Assembly: GCA_051294375.1 (NCBI GenBank) | Contig: CM119263.1 | Location: forward strand, 8,560,908 to 8,624,907 | Direction: 5' to 3' | Length of the DNA: 64,000 nucleotides | Source: Paraspadella gotoi | Lineage: Eukaryota; Animalia; Chaetognatha | In this document: positions 25,041 to 38,819 of the stretch, piece after piece | How positions within the stretch are numbered: the stretch's first letter is position 1 | How the letters are laid out: each line of letters begins with the position of its first letter | Translations under genes and position numbers: made by a program | The notes under the pieces: generated by a model | What the model was told of the DNA's origin: nothing | Seen by the model: only the letters and a program-made list of their open reading frames with translations | Databases searched by the model: none

Positions 25041-26144
25041 GAAGTGGTATGTTTAGTTGTCATAAAAAAGAGAATCGAAGTGTGTTTTATTAAACAGTAA
25101 AAAAATAGATAGAGTTAGAGACAAAGTGCAAACAAGAGAGAGTGGTAGAGAGGGGTGGCAGATATCTGTTCGGTGTTCATATCCTTTAAACGCACTGTAA
25201 GCGACCTTACTCTTCACGAAATAAACTTGAAAATGGGTAAACTATAGCCTGTGATTTTATTTTTAACCCATCGCGACAGAATGAAAAAAATGCCAGAAAA
25301 GAAAGATAATAGAGAAAAGAAACCGAAAGAAAGAAAAGAAATAAGAGATAAGATAAACACCCGAAGCGACGCGTCTCCGAACCCGATGACTTTTTGTTTC
25401 AGTAGACGAACGTCGCTCTCCGCCGCAGAGCGATTGTTTACCATCCTTGCCGGATGATCTTTGTCGCTTTTGTTTACATCGTTTCCTTTTTCATTTTTAT
25501 TTGTGGCGTCCATCGTCGTCGTTGTGCTCGTAGTAGACAACGTCGTTGCTATCGTCGTCATGTCGTCATCATCGTCGTTGTATTCGACTCACTTCTGGGC
25601 AGAAAATCTGAGCTCCTTCGGTTCCATTCCGATATCGCGTGACCTTCTCGTAAGGAGAGCGCGTCCGTCGCTCCTAACCATTTTTTTCAAAACATCAAAA
25701 GGAAACCAAGCAACCATGAGGTTTTATGGTGCAAAACGATAGAATTCTTCGGTCTCTAGATAGTTCTCACAAGCTGCTATTCACAAAACTTAGTTCCTTA
25801 CCACGTTCGGCTGAATACGGCTTAAATCAGTTTTGAAACATCTTTTAATTTTCGAAGAACAAGCATTTGATAGGTCTGAACAACGCATATCTCGAGTTTG
25901 TGAGATGATATTTGGAAGAATATCTTTCCAAAAATTGAAAACGGAATGAACAACGCGAGGAATATCGGGAGTTAGTGACTTCGTCCGTCAAGATGTAACA
26001 GAGTTCCATCGGGTTTTCATTAAGGTTTACCAATTGGTTGACTTCGTTTCTTTCTTATCTCAAGGAGAAATAAAGAGAGAGAGAGGAGAGCAGAGAGAGA
26101 GAGAGAGAGAGAGAGAGACGAGAAGCGAGAGAGATGAGACCGAA

Positions 26145-26175
<31 letters not shown>

Positions 26176-27993
26176 AAGCGCGCACCGGTCTCATCAGTTT
26201 ATGATTTGTGGTAAGCATTTTCACGTGCAGGTTATTATTCACATTTAATTTTTTCACAATATTCAAATTTTCATCTTGTCAAACCTCAATTTCTTGGTTA
26301 CTTTTTTATGTCATTTTTCTTCTCTGTTCGTTTTCAAACTTAACCTCCATCTGGTCTCTCTTTCCGCGATCTTTCCGTTCCATGTTGTCCCCATTTTTTA
26401 GCTCTTCTAATCCTGATAGCGTTTCAACCCGCTAATTCATCACTGAAATCCAAACGGAGATGTAATCTTGGACTGCATCTCTTTAGGGATTCGCCAGTTC
26501 GCGAGCCAGGGGCACTATCTTTATTCCAAATCGAATCCTCCCACGAAAATTACGCGCGGTGGTGCACAATCAATCGCAGCGAAAAGAACTCCTCTTGATC
26601 ACATTTAATTTCATCGCCTTCTACATCAATACTTCGGCGTCCGCCTTTTGATAAAACTTACACATCGTACTATTCTTTTTCATCCTTTTCAATCTGCGTA
26701 GAGACAATAGAAATATTATAATGTATCAAGTTAGAATATTATCATAATTACTTGATAATGATACCACTTATCAATTCATTTGAATCTTCGTAAATTCGTA
26801 TTTGTAGTTGTTGCTATTGAAATAGAAAATAATCTCTGGTTTAATACGTACGTTCGCTTTGTTGGTTGATGATGATTTTACTGAAACAAACCTCGTAGCT
26901 ATTCGGAATCTAAGTAAAATCGCAATACGTTAAGGCGGGCCCCAAATGTTGATCAACTTTTATCATTAAGAGATTCTTGTAATTATAAAATTCATTTGCG
27001 CCATCATATACTTAATCAATATTACTGTAACTAGCGAAAGCAACAGTATAACATTGAAGCATATAAATATTTATCAATGGCATAGGCAATGAAAAAATTT
27101 TTCTTATTAAAAATTTTATTTGAAGAAATGGATTCAGATAGCTATAAAAAGTTGTCTTACACAAAGATATAATGCGTTTTTCACATATTTCGAGATAAGA
27201 TGTGGCTCCAAAATAATGCAAAAAAAGCTCTTTAACAATCTCAATCCATCATCGTCCCGTACCCATGATTTTATATTTTTGTTTGCTAATTTTAAGCATT
27301 AAAACAAAAAAATTTGGAAATTCTTGCAGTAATATTTTTTATTTATTTTTAATCTTCTACCGCTGATCCGTTTTTAACAATTCGATTTTGAAAATAATTT
27401 ATATTAAGACGAAAACTATTAAATTGCTTCTAGTTATCATTACTATATTATGATTAATCTAATTTTTTTAATTAGTTCGTTATCTCCTTAACAGGGATGC
27501 TTTACGTCTAATTTATTATAGTTACAGAACTCTTAGTTTTTACCTTTGTTCCGCGCTGTAGTAGTATAGGCTAACGATTCAATATGAGGATTCCATTTAA
27601 AAAAGAAAGAAAAATCGATATCAGAGTCTATCACAGATCGCCCAAGCACACCACTCAACATGATTTGACTCTCTCCATCTCTCTCTCTCTCTCTCTAAGT
27701 AAAATAAAATAAAAAGTATTAAACAATTACATCCTAAGGCAATTTTATGAAATTGNNNNNNNNNNAAACAATTACATCCTATGGCAATTTTATATAATTC
27801 TATTAAATTCTATCCAATTTTATCATATTCTATTAATGTAATAGAGAAAAAGAAAAGAAGGCGAATAAAAGAAAAGAAAAAAAAAGAGAAAATAAGGAGA
27901 GAGAGGAAGGACAATAGAAAAGGGTCGGACAATCAAATAGTTCCGGCCTGAAAGATGAGACCGGAGTATTAGAGAAGGGAATGGGAGTAATAA

Positions 27994-28028
<35 letters not shown>

Positions 28029-28053
28029 NNNNNNNNNNNNNNNNNNNNNNNNN

Positions 28054-30186
28054 AATAAAGCCAGAGGTCGTTGGTTACGCTGTTGTCGTCGTATTCGTTG
28101 TCGACGAATTGTATAAAATCATATGTATACATATTTGAGTACACTTGGACATCGTGTTAAAATAAAATCTCTTACGAGCCTCGAGATATCCCTCTGACTC
28201 CTGAAAACTGCAGAACCTCTTTCGGGAACTGACCACAATCGCCCATTATTTTCGTGTTGTTTATAAATTTGTATAGCTATCACCTGACTTGGAATTCGCA
28301 CATGGCTCATCTTTTTTTTTTCCATTTTGAGTTCTTCTCAACGGATTTCATATAGTTCGTGTGAGGGCGCTGACTAATAAAAAAAATAAAACGTAATAAC
28401 AGTCAAATTATCTTATATTAGAAGAGGAGTAAAAGAAAAAAAAAAGGATTTGACTCAAATTCCCTCATGAACGAGAAAGTCCTGGGGGGGGAGTAAGAAA
28501 GTAAATGAGAATTCGCTAGGGGAGTGGGATGTCCCAGCTACGACGTGAAAACAATTGAATCTTACCAAAAAGAAAAAGATAAAACAAAACAAGTCAGTTC
28601 GTTAAAATCCGAATTTTTTAAATGAACCACAAGAAATTTCAACTCATCCATCCACCCCAAAAGTAGTAAATGGAGTTTAAAAGTTGGACGGATCGACGAC
28701 AGACGGACGGATAGCATACATAAAAGTTGAATAAGCCAGGAGAATTAAAATTCCAAAAACTAATTAATAATTATAGGAACCAAGCGTACGGTAGTCATCG
28801 GAGAAATAAAAAGTTATTGTAACTCAGAATCTTCTGGTAACAAGGGTGGGTAAATTGCAAAATATAGTTGATATGGTAGAAGGTTAGAAAGTTTAAAGGG
28901 AACAAATGATAAAAAGGTTTGAATGGGAGAGAGAAACCCAAAACCGGTCGTAAATCCCGTCCTTACTTACCTCACCGCAGCAGGGGAAAAGGGTGAGGGA
29001 TGACAGAAAGGTGAGGAAAGGTGGGGGACGCAAGAAAAAAAAATGGAGCGAGGAAAAAGGGAAATAGGGCAAAAAAAATATGAAAAAAAACTATGGAGAT
29101 TAAACGAGTTAAAAGAGTATGAAAAACTGATGAAGCCAAAAAAGAATTTCCGAAAAAGGAGCATGATACAAATAAGGAATAAATTAGGGGCTAAGAAATA
29201 ATAAGGCGAGGTAAGAAGAATAGTTGGACATAGTTACAAGACCAAGAGAAAAGAAAAAGAACGACGGCGAAAAAGGAGAAAGATAAAAAGTTTAAGCGAA
29301 AGGAAAATATGGCGTTTCGAGTATGAGAGGCAGAAAGATGACTAGGGAAAGAAAAGAAGAAAGGGGAGAGGGAAAAAAGTGGAGGAGAGGCGAAAAAAAT
29401 GGAGGATGGGAAGGAAAAAGAAAAAATAAAAAGAAAGAAAGAAAAAGTAAAGAATAAGGGGGAGAGGAAAAATGGGGAGGAGGCGAAAAAGAAAGGAAGA
29501 TAGGAAAGGAAAAAATAAAAAGAAAAAGAAAAAGAGAAAAAAATAAAAGAAAGAAGGGGAAAGAAAGAAGGGAGGAGGCGGAAAAAGAAGGAAGATAGGA
29601 AAGGAAAAAGGAAAAAATAAAAGAAAGAAAGAAAAAAGTAAAGAAATAAGGGGAGAGGAAAAAATGGGGAGGGGAAGGCGAAAAAGAAAGGAAAGAAATA
29701 GGAAAGGAAGATAAAAGAAAAAGAAAAAAGAAAGAAAGAAATTAAAAAGAAAAGAAGAAAGGGAGAGGAAAAAAGGGAGGAGGCGAAAAAGAAAAGGATG
29801 GAAAGGAAAAAGGACTCGAAGAAAGAGGTCACGATTTTATGCGACGGCAACGTATGGAGAATCAAAGGTACACAGGGTAAAGCGATACGAGTTCCTTTTT
29901 TTTATTGTTACGCTTGCTTCACTATTGAGTTGACAAGGTTGTAGATTTTTGTAGCTAAAATCAGAATTCCATCGATGTTAATATATATTATAAGTTTTCC
30001 GATCTGTAGCTATATTTTTGCTCTCAAATTTTCTGCCATTCAAAAAATTCTGGATAGAAATCCGGTAAGTAGATACAATTTCTAAGAATAGGAAGAACGG
30101 AATCGTTCTAATCAAGCTCTCTCTCTGTCCTCTCTCTTCTCTCTCTCTCCCTCTCTCTCTCTCTCTCTGTCTCTCCTCTCTGTCTC

Positions 30187-30240
<54 letters not shown>

Positions 30241-30903
30241 TCTCTCTCTGCTCTTCTTTTTAGGGATTCCATCAAAAAATCAGTCGCATATAAATTCTGA
30301 TATAAAAGCAAGACTAATGAACAGGACGCAAATAAAAACTAAAAAAAAGGTATTATATGGTTATTGCATAATTACTGGATGCACGTTTTATTACATTATT
30401 AAACGGTGTCCCGAAGGAGTAAAATTTAAAACTGTTTTTTATTTGTTCAAAATTTCTGTGATATTATTCAATTTAAACATGGAGTTGAAAAACTATCACA
30501 AGATGGAATATCAGCCCCTTCTTATTATCTGCCACCCATGGACGAGGAAAAAAAAGAAGATTTCCCTCCCAATAAAAGAGTTGTGCCATGACTGGCCTTT
30601 AGCAAAACCCGGCACGAATCACCTCGTCGTTGTCGTCGTCGTCGTCGTTTACGTTGGTGGAAGAACAGGATGGTTTTTACTCTGAGTCAATTCTCCGGGC
30701 GCAACACAGGGGACGATGAACAGGAAGATTTAGTTGTGCTGACTTGTGCCTTACTTCCTCACTCCCTCTTTTTCTCATTTCTTTCGTTTATTTCGTAGTT
30801 ATGGCTTAATTATGTTTACTTGTATCTATACCAGCTTGATTAATTCGGTTTGTCCGTTTTTTTCTACAGATCAGAGTAAATGTCAGGTAAGTTTCCTTTT
30901 TTT

Positions 30904-30935
<32 letters not shown>

Positions 30936-30956
30936 TTTTCTTTCTTTCCTTTTTTT

Positions 30957-31007
<51 letters not shown>

Positions 31008-33190
31008 CTTTCTTCATTTTTTTCTCTTTTTTTCTTTTATTTTTCTCATTTTGCCTTTTCATTCATTCACTTGTTGCGTATTTGAGTTGCATCTGAGCCA
31101 AACAGGGAAATCGTCAGAAATCAAGGGAGCGAGGGAAGGCGAAACTGAGAGAAGAGAGAGAGAGATAGATAGAGAGATAAAGAGAGAGAGAGAAGAGAGA
31201 GACAGAGAGGAGACAAAGTCGACAACCGGGAGACATTTACAATTCGGAAATATATTTTTGTGGAGGATATATTTTTTGGCTGATTTCCTCTCTTCTTCCC
31301 TGCTTGTTCTTCTGTCCATTCATTTTTCTGCTTCTTTTTTTCCCCCAAAACTTTTCATGTTTTTCTTTTTTTCAATCTTTTGATTTCCTGTCTTTTATAT
31401 TTTATCTAAATATCCCTTTTGCCCGTTATTCCAATCATACTTTCATTTTACTTTTCTATTCTTTATGAGATTTAAGTGTTTTAAATCATATAAAGGGCGG
31501 GACAGTTTTAAATATTAACATATTAAAATAGTCAATACACTTATGTACGAAATTTTTTAATTCTCAAGAGTGTATATTTTTAAGCCATGTGGCGAATCCT
31601 AAATTCGCCTCCGCATAGCTTGTGATCCCATTGGCTTGGACAGCTAAGTTAAGTTCACCAACCGTGGGTTAAGAGTTCAATCCCCTCACGGTCACGCTGG
31701 TTAAGTGTGATGCTCGTCGCATATCACGCCAATGACGTCTATAATCCTAAGTCTCACTGTCGGGAGATGCCTCACCCCTGGGCACACATGTCTCCCCGTT
31801 TTCAATGGCATATTTATTTAAATGAAATTTATTTTTCTCTTTCTTCTTTACATTCATATTTAAACAACTAACTAAAAAGAACCACATCCAATCAAGAAAA
31901 CAAAAGATACACCGAATTATTTGAACAGTTTAAAAAACAAATCATTCAGAAAAAACCTGCGTCTTAGTTTTAAGCTCTGGCCGACAATTCTGGTTTTTCG
32001 CTGCTTAAATTTAAGGAAATAAATGATTTTCAATTTGGTTACTTGTAAAAAATTCATAACCTTGTTTTCTGGCCTGCACCGATGATAAAAAAATAGAGAG
32101 AGAGAGAGAGGAGAGAGAGGGAAGAGAGAGAGAGAGAGAGAAACATAGTACATAGAGGGAGACAGAGAAGAGAGAGAGGAGAGAATGAGAAAGAGAGAGA
32201 GAGAGAAGAGAGAGATAATGTAAATCCCCCAGGGGTTGTCGGAAGAAAAAGGACGTACGAACGAGTCGAAAGAGAGATAGAGCGAGCGAAAGCAATAGAA
32301 AGAGAATGATAATAGAGAAAGAAAGAAAAATAGAAGAAAGAAAGAGAGAGAAATGACGGCGGTTGGATGATTTTATCTTGGATCAATTTATTTGATCGAA
32401 ATTCTCCCGATGTTCGTTTTTCGTTCTTCACCATTCATGGAAAACATAAAATATTTGATTACGTAATTCAATCGCCGAGCTTTTATTTCCTGGATTCTCT
32501 CTTTGTCCGTCGTATCACCATCTCTCATCTTAACCTCGTCAATAGATTTCTTCCCTCTTTTAACTTAGTTAGTCGGTTTCAGCAAGTCATACCTGAGGCC
32601 CATGTCTCCTCGAGGAATAAAAACATAGTCGTCGTTGGTGTCGTCGTCGTTGTCGTCGTCGTCGTTCAATCTCATTCTGCGTTTAAACATAAAGATACAT
32701 AAAATGTAGTGCTCGTGAAAATAACGATGATTTTTAAAATAAATTTTGTTAGTTTCTATCTTTCGTTGTGTTGAATTTTAAGAGAATAAAATTATGAAAA
32801 TTGTATGCTGAGTCTTCGACTCTAAACTGAAAGTGACCAAAAGCCGGTACACGTTCAAATGAATAAAGAACTCAAAACACAAAAAGTTCATGGACGAAGA
32901 AAAAATAGAATTAGAAAAAGAGAAAGAAAAAGTAAAGAGAGAAAACAGAAAAGTAACAAACCTGCCAAACGGAAAAGAAGATTTAAGCAGCAGATGAATT
33001 TTTTTGAGCCAAACACGTGCGTCGAGAAGAAGGATGAAAGAAAGGAAAAATTTATAAGAAAAAAAAAGCGGAGAATGAAAAAAAGAAAATAAAAGGAAGA
33101 TAAAAATAGAAAAAGAAAGCGAGAAAAGAGAAAAGAAAGAAGATAACAGTATCTGGCACGTACGTTCTATTCGAGTTTAGAGAGAGAGAG

Positions 33191-33237
<47 letters not shown>

Positions 33238-34849
33238 GAGAGAGAGAAGAGAGAGGAAGAGAGAAAGAAGAGAGAAGAGAGAGATTTGTAAACTTTCGGA
33301 ATTTTCGCGGCATGATTTCAAAGCTGATTCTAAACTACTGGTCATGAGGTTTGGGTTCTCTCCGTTTGGATTTCAGATTGGAATTGGGTTAAGATTTTGG
33401 TGGAAAATTTTTTGTGCCTCTACTTCCAGTCTTTAACTCATAAAAAGCTTTAACACCAATTAATTTCACTCTCGTTCGGTCTGAGTAACAAAAAAGAAAC
33501 AAATAAAATTAAAAAAAAAAAAAATAAATAAAAAAAAAATAAATAAAATAAATTGGTAAAACCAATATAAAAATTATCCATTCATTAATAAATAAGCTAT
33601 CTTGCCCCTGACTTTGGACAGCTTTAGTGGTTTAGTTTCCATCACTCTTACAAGATTGTGACATAACAGGTCCCTGCAAGCTTTCAATCAAGACTCTCAC
33701 ACAGTCTTGTTTATTCACTCCCAGAGTATCTCGCTTCCTATCAATGAAGTGGTATGTTTAGTTGTCATAAAAAAGAGAATCGAAGTGTGTTTTATTAAAC
33801 AGTAAAAAAATAGATAGAGTTAGAGACAAAGTGCAAACAAGAGAGAGTGGTAGAGAGGGGTGGCAGATATCTGTTCGGTGTTCATATCCTTTAAACGCAC
33901 TGTAAGCGACCTTACTCTTCACGAAATAAACTTGAAAATGGGTAAACTATAGCCTGTGATTTTATTTTTAACCCATCGCGACAGAATGAAAAAAATGCCA
34001 GAAAAGAAAGATAATAGAGAAAAGAAACCGAAAGAAAGAAAAGAAATAAGAGATAAGATAAACACCCGAAGCGACGCGTCTCCGAACCCGATGACTTTTT
34101 GTTTCAGTAGACGAACGTCGCTCTCCGCCGCAGAGCGATTGTTTACCATCCTTGCCGGATGATCTTTGTCGCTTTTGTTTACATCGTTTCCTTTTTCATT
34201 TTTATTTGTGGCGTCCATCGTCGTCGTTGTGCTCGTAGTAGACAACGTCGTTGCTATCGTCGTCATGTCGTCATCATCGTCGTTGTATTCGACTCACTTC
34301 TGGGCAGAAAATCTGAGCTCCTTCGGTTCCATTCCGATATCGCGTGACCTTCTCGTAAGGAGAGCGCGTCCGTCGCTCCTAACCATTTTTTTCAAAACAT
34401 CAAAAGGAAACCAAGCAACCATGAGGTTTTATGGTGCAAAACGATAGAATTCTTCGGTCTCTAGATAGTTCTCACAAGCTGCTATTCACAAAACTTAGTT
34501 CCTTACCACGTTCGGCTGAATACGGCTTAAATCAGTTTTGAAACATCTTTTAATTTTCGAAGAACAAGCATTTGATAGGTCTGAACAACGCATATCTCGA
34601 GTTTGTGAGATGATATTTGGAAGAATATCTTTCCAAAAATTGAAAACGGAATGAACAACGCGAGGAATATCGGGAGTTAGTGACTTCGTCCGTCAAGATG
34701 TAACAGAGTTCCATCGGGTTTTCATTAAGGTTTACCAATTGGTTGACTTCGTTTCTTTCTTATCTCAAGGAGAAATAAAGAGAGAGAGAGGAGAGCAGAG
34801 AGAGAGAGAGAGAGAGAGAGAGACGAGAAGCGAGAGAGATGAGACCGAA

Positions 34850-34880
<31 letters not shown>

Positions 34881-36401
34881 AAGCGCGCACCGGTCTCATC
34901 AGTTTATGATTTGTGGTAAGCATTTTCACGTGCAGGTTATTATTCACATTTAATTTTTTCACAATATTCAAATTTTCATCTTGTCAAACCTCAATTTCTT
35001 GGTTACTTTTTTATGTCATTTTTCTTCTCTGTTCGTTTTCAAACTTAACCTCCATCTGGTCTCTCTTTCCGCGATCTTTCCGTTCCATGTTGTCCCCATT
35101 TTTTAGCTCTTCTAATCCTGATAGCGTTTCAACCCGCTAATTCATCACTGAAATCCAAACGGAGATGTAATCTTGGACTGCATCTCTTTAGGGATTCGCC
35201 AGTTCGCGAGCCAGGGGCACTATCTTTATTCCAAATCGAATCCTCCCACGAAAATTACGCGCGGTGGTGCACAATCAATCGCAGCGAAAAGAACTCCTCT
35301 TGATCACATTTAATTTCATCGCCTTCTACATCAATACTTCGGCGTCCGCCTTTTGATAAAACTTACACATCGTACTATTCTTTTTCATCCTTTTCAATCT
35401 GCGTAGAGACAATAGAAATATTATAATGTATCAAGTTAGAATATTATCATAATTACTTGATAATGATACCACTTATCAATTCATTTGAATCTTCGTAAAT
35501 TCGTATTTGTAGTTGTTGCTATTGAAATAGAAAATAATCTCTGGTTTAATACGTACGTTCGCTTTGTTGGTTGATGATGATTTTACTGAAACAAACCTCG
35601 TAGCTATTCGGAATCTAAGTAAAATCGCAATACGTTAAGGCGGGCCCCAAATGTTGATCAACTTTTATCATTAAGAGATTCTTGTAATTATAAAATTCAT
35701 TTGCGCCATCATATACTTAATCAATATTACTGTAACTAGCGAAAGCAACAGTATAACATTGAAGCATATAAATATTTATCAATGGCATAGGCAATGAAAA
35801 AATTTTTCTTATTAAAAATTTTATTTGAAGAAATGGATTCAGATAGCTATAAAAAGTTGTCTTACACAAAGATATAATGCGTTTTTCACATATTTCGAGA
35901 TAAGATGTGGCTCCAAAATAATGCAAAAAAAGCTCTTTAACAATCTCAATCCATCATCGTCCCGTACCCATGATTTTATATTTTTGTTTGCTAATTTTAA
36001 GCATTAAAACAAAAAAATTTGGAAATTCTTGCAGTAATATTTTTTATTTATTTTTAATCTTCTACCGCTGATCCGTTTTTAACAATTCGATTTTGAAAAT
36101 AATTTATATTAAGACGAAAACTATTAAATTGCTTCTAGTTATCATTACTATATTATGATTAATCTAATTTTTTTAATTAGTTCGTTATCTCCTTAACAGG
36201 GATGCTTTACGTCTAATTTATTATAGTTACAGAACTCTTAGTTTTTACCTTTGTTCCGCGCTGTAGTAGTATAGGCTAACGATTCAATATGAGGATTCCA
36301 TTTAAAAAAGAAAGAAAAATCGATATCAGAGTCTATCACAGATCGCCCAAGCACACCACTCAACATGATTTGACTCTCTCCATCTCTCTCTCTCTCTCTC
36401 T
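28054..36401 (+). repeat. 8.35-kb block, copy 2 (likely assembly duplication)
   Basis: Matches 19349-27696 including microsatellite irregularities; starts right after a 25-N gap. Confidence 0.97.
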
Positions 36402-37128
36402 GTTAAAAAGATAAAATCTCTTCGAGCCTCGAGATATCCCTTCTGACTCTGAAAACTGCAGAACCTATTTTTCGGGATGACCACAATCGCACATTATTTT
36501 TCGTGTTGTTTATAACATTTTTAAAATTGTGTATAGCTATCAACTGACTTGGTATTCGCACATGGCTCATCTTTTTTTTTTTTCATTTTGAGTTCTTCTC
36601 AACGGATTCATATAGAGTTCGTGTGAGGGCGNNNNNNNNNNTTTTTTTTCCATTTTGAGTTCTTCTCAACGGATTCATATAGTTCGTGTGAGGGCGCTGA
36701 CTAATAAATAAAACGTAATANNNNNNNNNNNNNNNNNNNNNNNNNNNNNNNNNNNNNNNNNNNNNNNNNNNNNNNNNNNNNNNNNNNNNNNNNNNNNNNN
36801 NNNNNNNNNNNNNNNNNNNNNNNNNNNNNNNNNNNNNNNNNNNNNNNNNNNNNNNNNNNNNNNNNNNNNNNNNNNNNNNNNNNNNNNNNNNNNNNNNNNN
36901 NNNNNNNNNNNNNNNNNNNNNNNNNNNNNNNNNNNNNNNNNNNNNNNNNNNNNNNNACTCAAATTACCTCATGAACGAAAGAAGTCCTGGGGGGGGAGTA
37001 AGAAAGTAAATGAGAGATTCGCTAGGGGGAGTGGGATGTACCAGCTACGTACGTGAAAACAATTGAATATTACAAAAAGAAAAAGATAAACAAAACAGTC
37101 TGTGTTAAATCGAATTTTTAAATGAATG

Positions 37129-37366
37129 AGTGGAGGACGGAATTTTTAGTGAAAAGAATTCGATATCAAATAAAATGAACGAGAGTTTATTTCAGTATAA
37201 CATCGAAGGGAAAATGCGATAATAATAATGAGCGCGAGAATAAATAACATGACTTTTATATGAACTACTTTGTTTATCAAAGTAGGATGTAAACGAGAAT
37301 GGAATTTTAGGCGAGAGAAATATTATTTACATTTTGTAATTACTAAATTCTTTCTCAATCTTCACT
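37129..37366 (-). repeat. 3' LTR (238 bp)
   Basis: Homologous to 42807-43067. On the minus strand TATAAAA (37260-37254) precedes AATAAA (37191-37186), the expected U3-R-U5 order. Confidence 0.88.
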
Positions 37367-38819
37367 CGGCCATGTACCAAATTTCAAAATACAAAATAAT
37401 ATTTCTAAAAACGATACTATAAATTCACTCAGGGTTAAAAAAATAAAAAAATTTAGCCAAATAACACTATAAATTCACAAGGTTAGACATTAACTGTATC
37501 GGTCTATGAAATCGCGAAATATAAGGGAATCAATTACAAGTTTTATTATACACTTTCTTCAAAATTAAATTTCATTAGCTAACAATTTTTCGATCTAACA
37601 AAAAAATCATGCTTTTCAACTTCTAAAAATTATGTAACATTTTTCGAACTTTTTATAAAAACAAAAGACATATGAAAATTGCATTACGCAATACGCAGAC
37701 GATAATAGTTATAGTATGCAAAACAATTCAAATATAAAATCATAACCGACGAATTCAATTTTATTAGAATAAGTTTTCTAAATGCTACAAATAAGTTGAA
37801 TCGAAATGCAATATTTGTAGACAATAATTCAAAACGAAAAATAAATACATCAATTTTTTATCTATGGAAAAAAAAACGAAAAAAAACTGTTACCATTTAT
37901 CGCGAAATAAGTTACTGTCACAATGATTATTGATCGTTTTTGATTTAAACAATAGGTTTAACATGCAATACTTATTTTTGATCAGTTATCACACAATTAC
38001 ATAATTCATGCTTACCAAAAACAGGCGATCCCTTTTTTCACACTCCAGGCCAATCTTAACAATCTTAGAGACGTGTCGCCATTAAGACTTCTCGCAGGCG
38101 TTAGGAAGATCGGTGCTTTTCTCTTCAACCGTGAATCAAGAACCTGAATCTCAAAATTTTTGATTAATACGACATACATGAAATCAAATTAATTTATTAT
38201 GATTAATATCACATATAATTAATTGTATAGTTTCGACCATTTTCTCATTACTCCCTTAAAGTTGGATCCTGACGGATTCTACAAATTGAGAAGGTCTACT
38301 ATGTGAGTACAATAATGATTGAATAATATATATTAATCAATTATACCAGTGAAATTTACAAAGTGGTCACCCATTCTCTAATTCGTTCACAGCCACGGCA
38401 AAGACCCGGCACAAACCCAGGGTCGGTCTTATCACGAGAAAAGAGTAAACAAAAGAACGTTGCAATTCATCATGTAAATAACATTTCGCCATTTAATCTA
38501 TTGCAACTGTATCTGCACATTTAATACAATTTTTTTTTTTGTAACACATTTTTAATTAAAACAATTGTATTCTTAAATAAGTTTCAAAAAAACAACATGA
38601 AAATTTCATCAATTGTAACGAAATACATTAAAAGTTTCTAGTCAGAAAATAAAACAAATTATTAGTCCACATTTAGTAAATTGTTTATGATGTCTCAACA
38701 AAAAGAAGATAATTGCATCACGGCCTCGGCATTGCAGAAGCAGAGAGCGCGAGCAGGCCAAACGGGTAAGAGGCGGTCCGCAGGCGGGCCATGCACGGCG
38801 GTCTAATGTTCTCATCTTG

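Larger units (their letters stand above)
19349..27696 (+). repeat. 8.35-kb block, copy 1 of an exact direct duplication
   Basis: Appears identical to 28054-36401 at a constant offset of 8705 (all ORF-track entries are duplicated at +8705). Confidence 0.97.

Noticed and set aside
37129-37366. Dating the insertion from LTR-LTR divergence
   Set aside because: Differences are mostly 1-bp indels typical of uncorrected reads, so they do not measure age.
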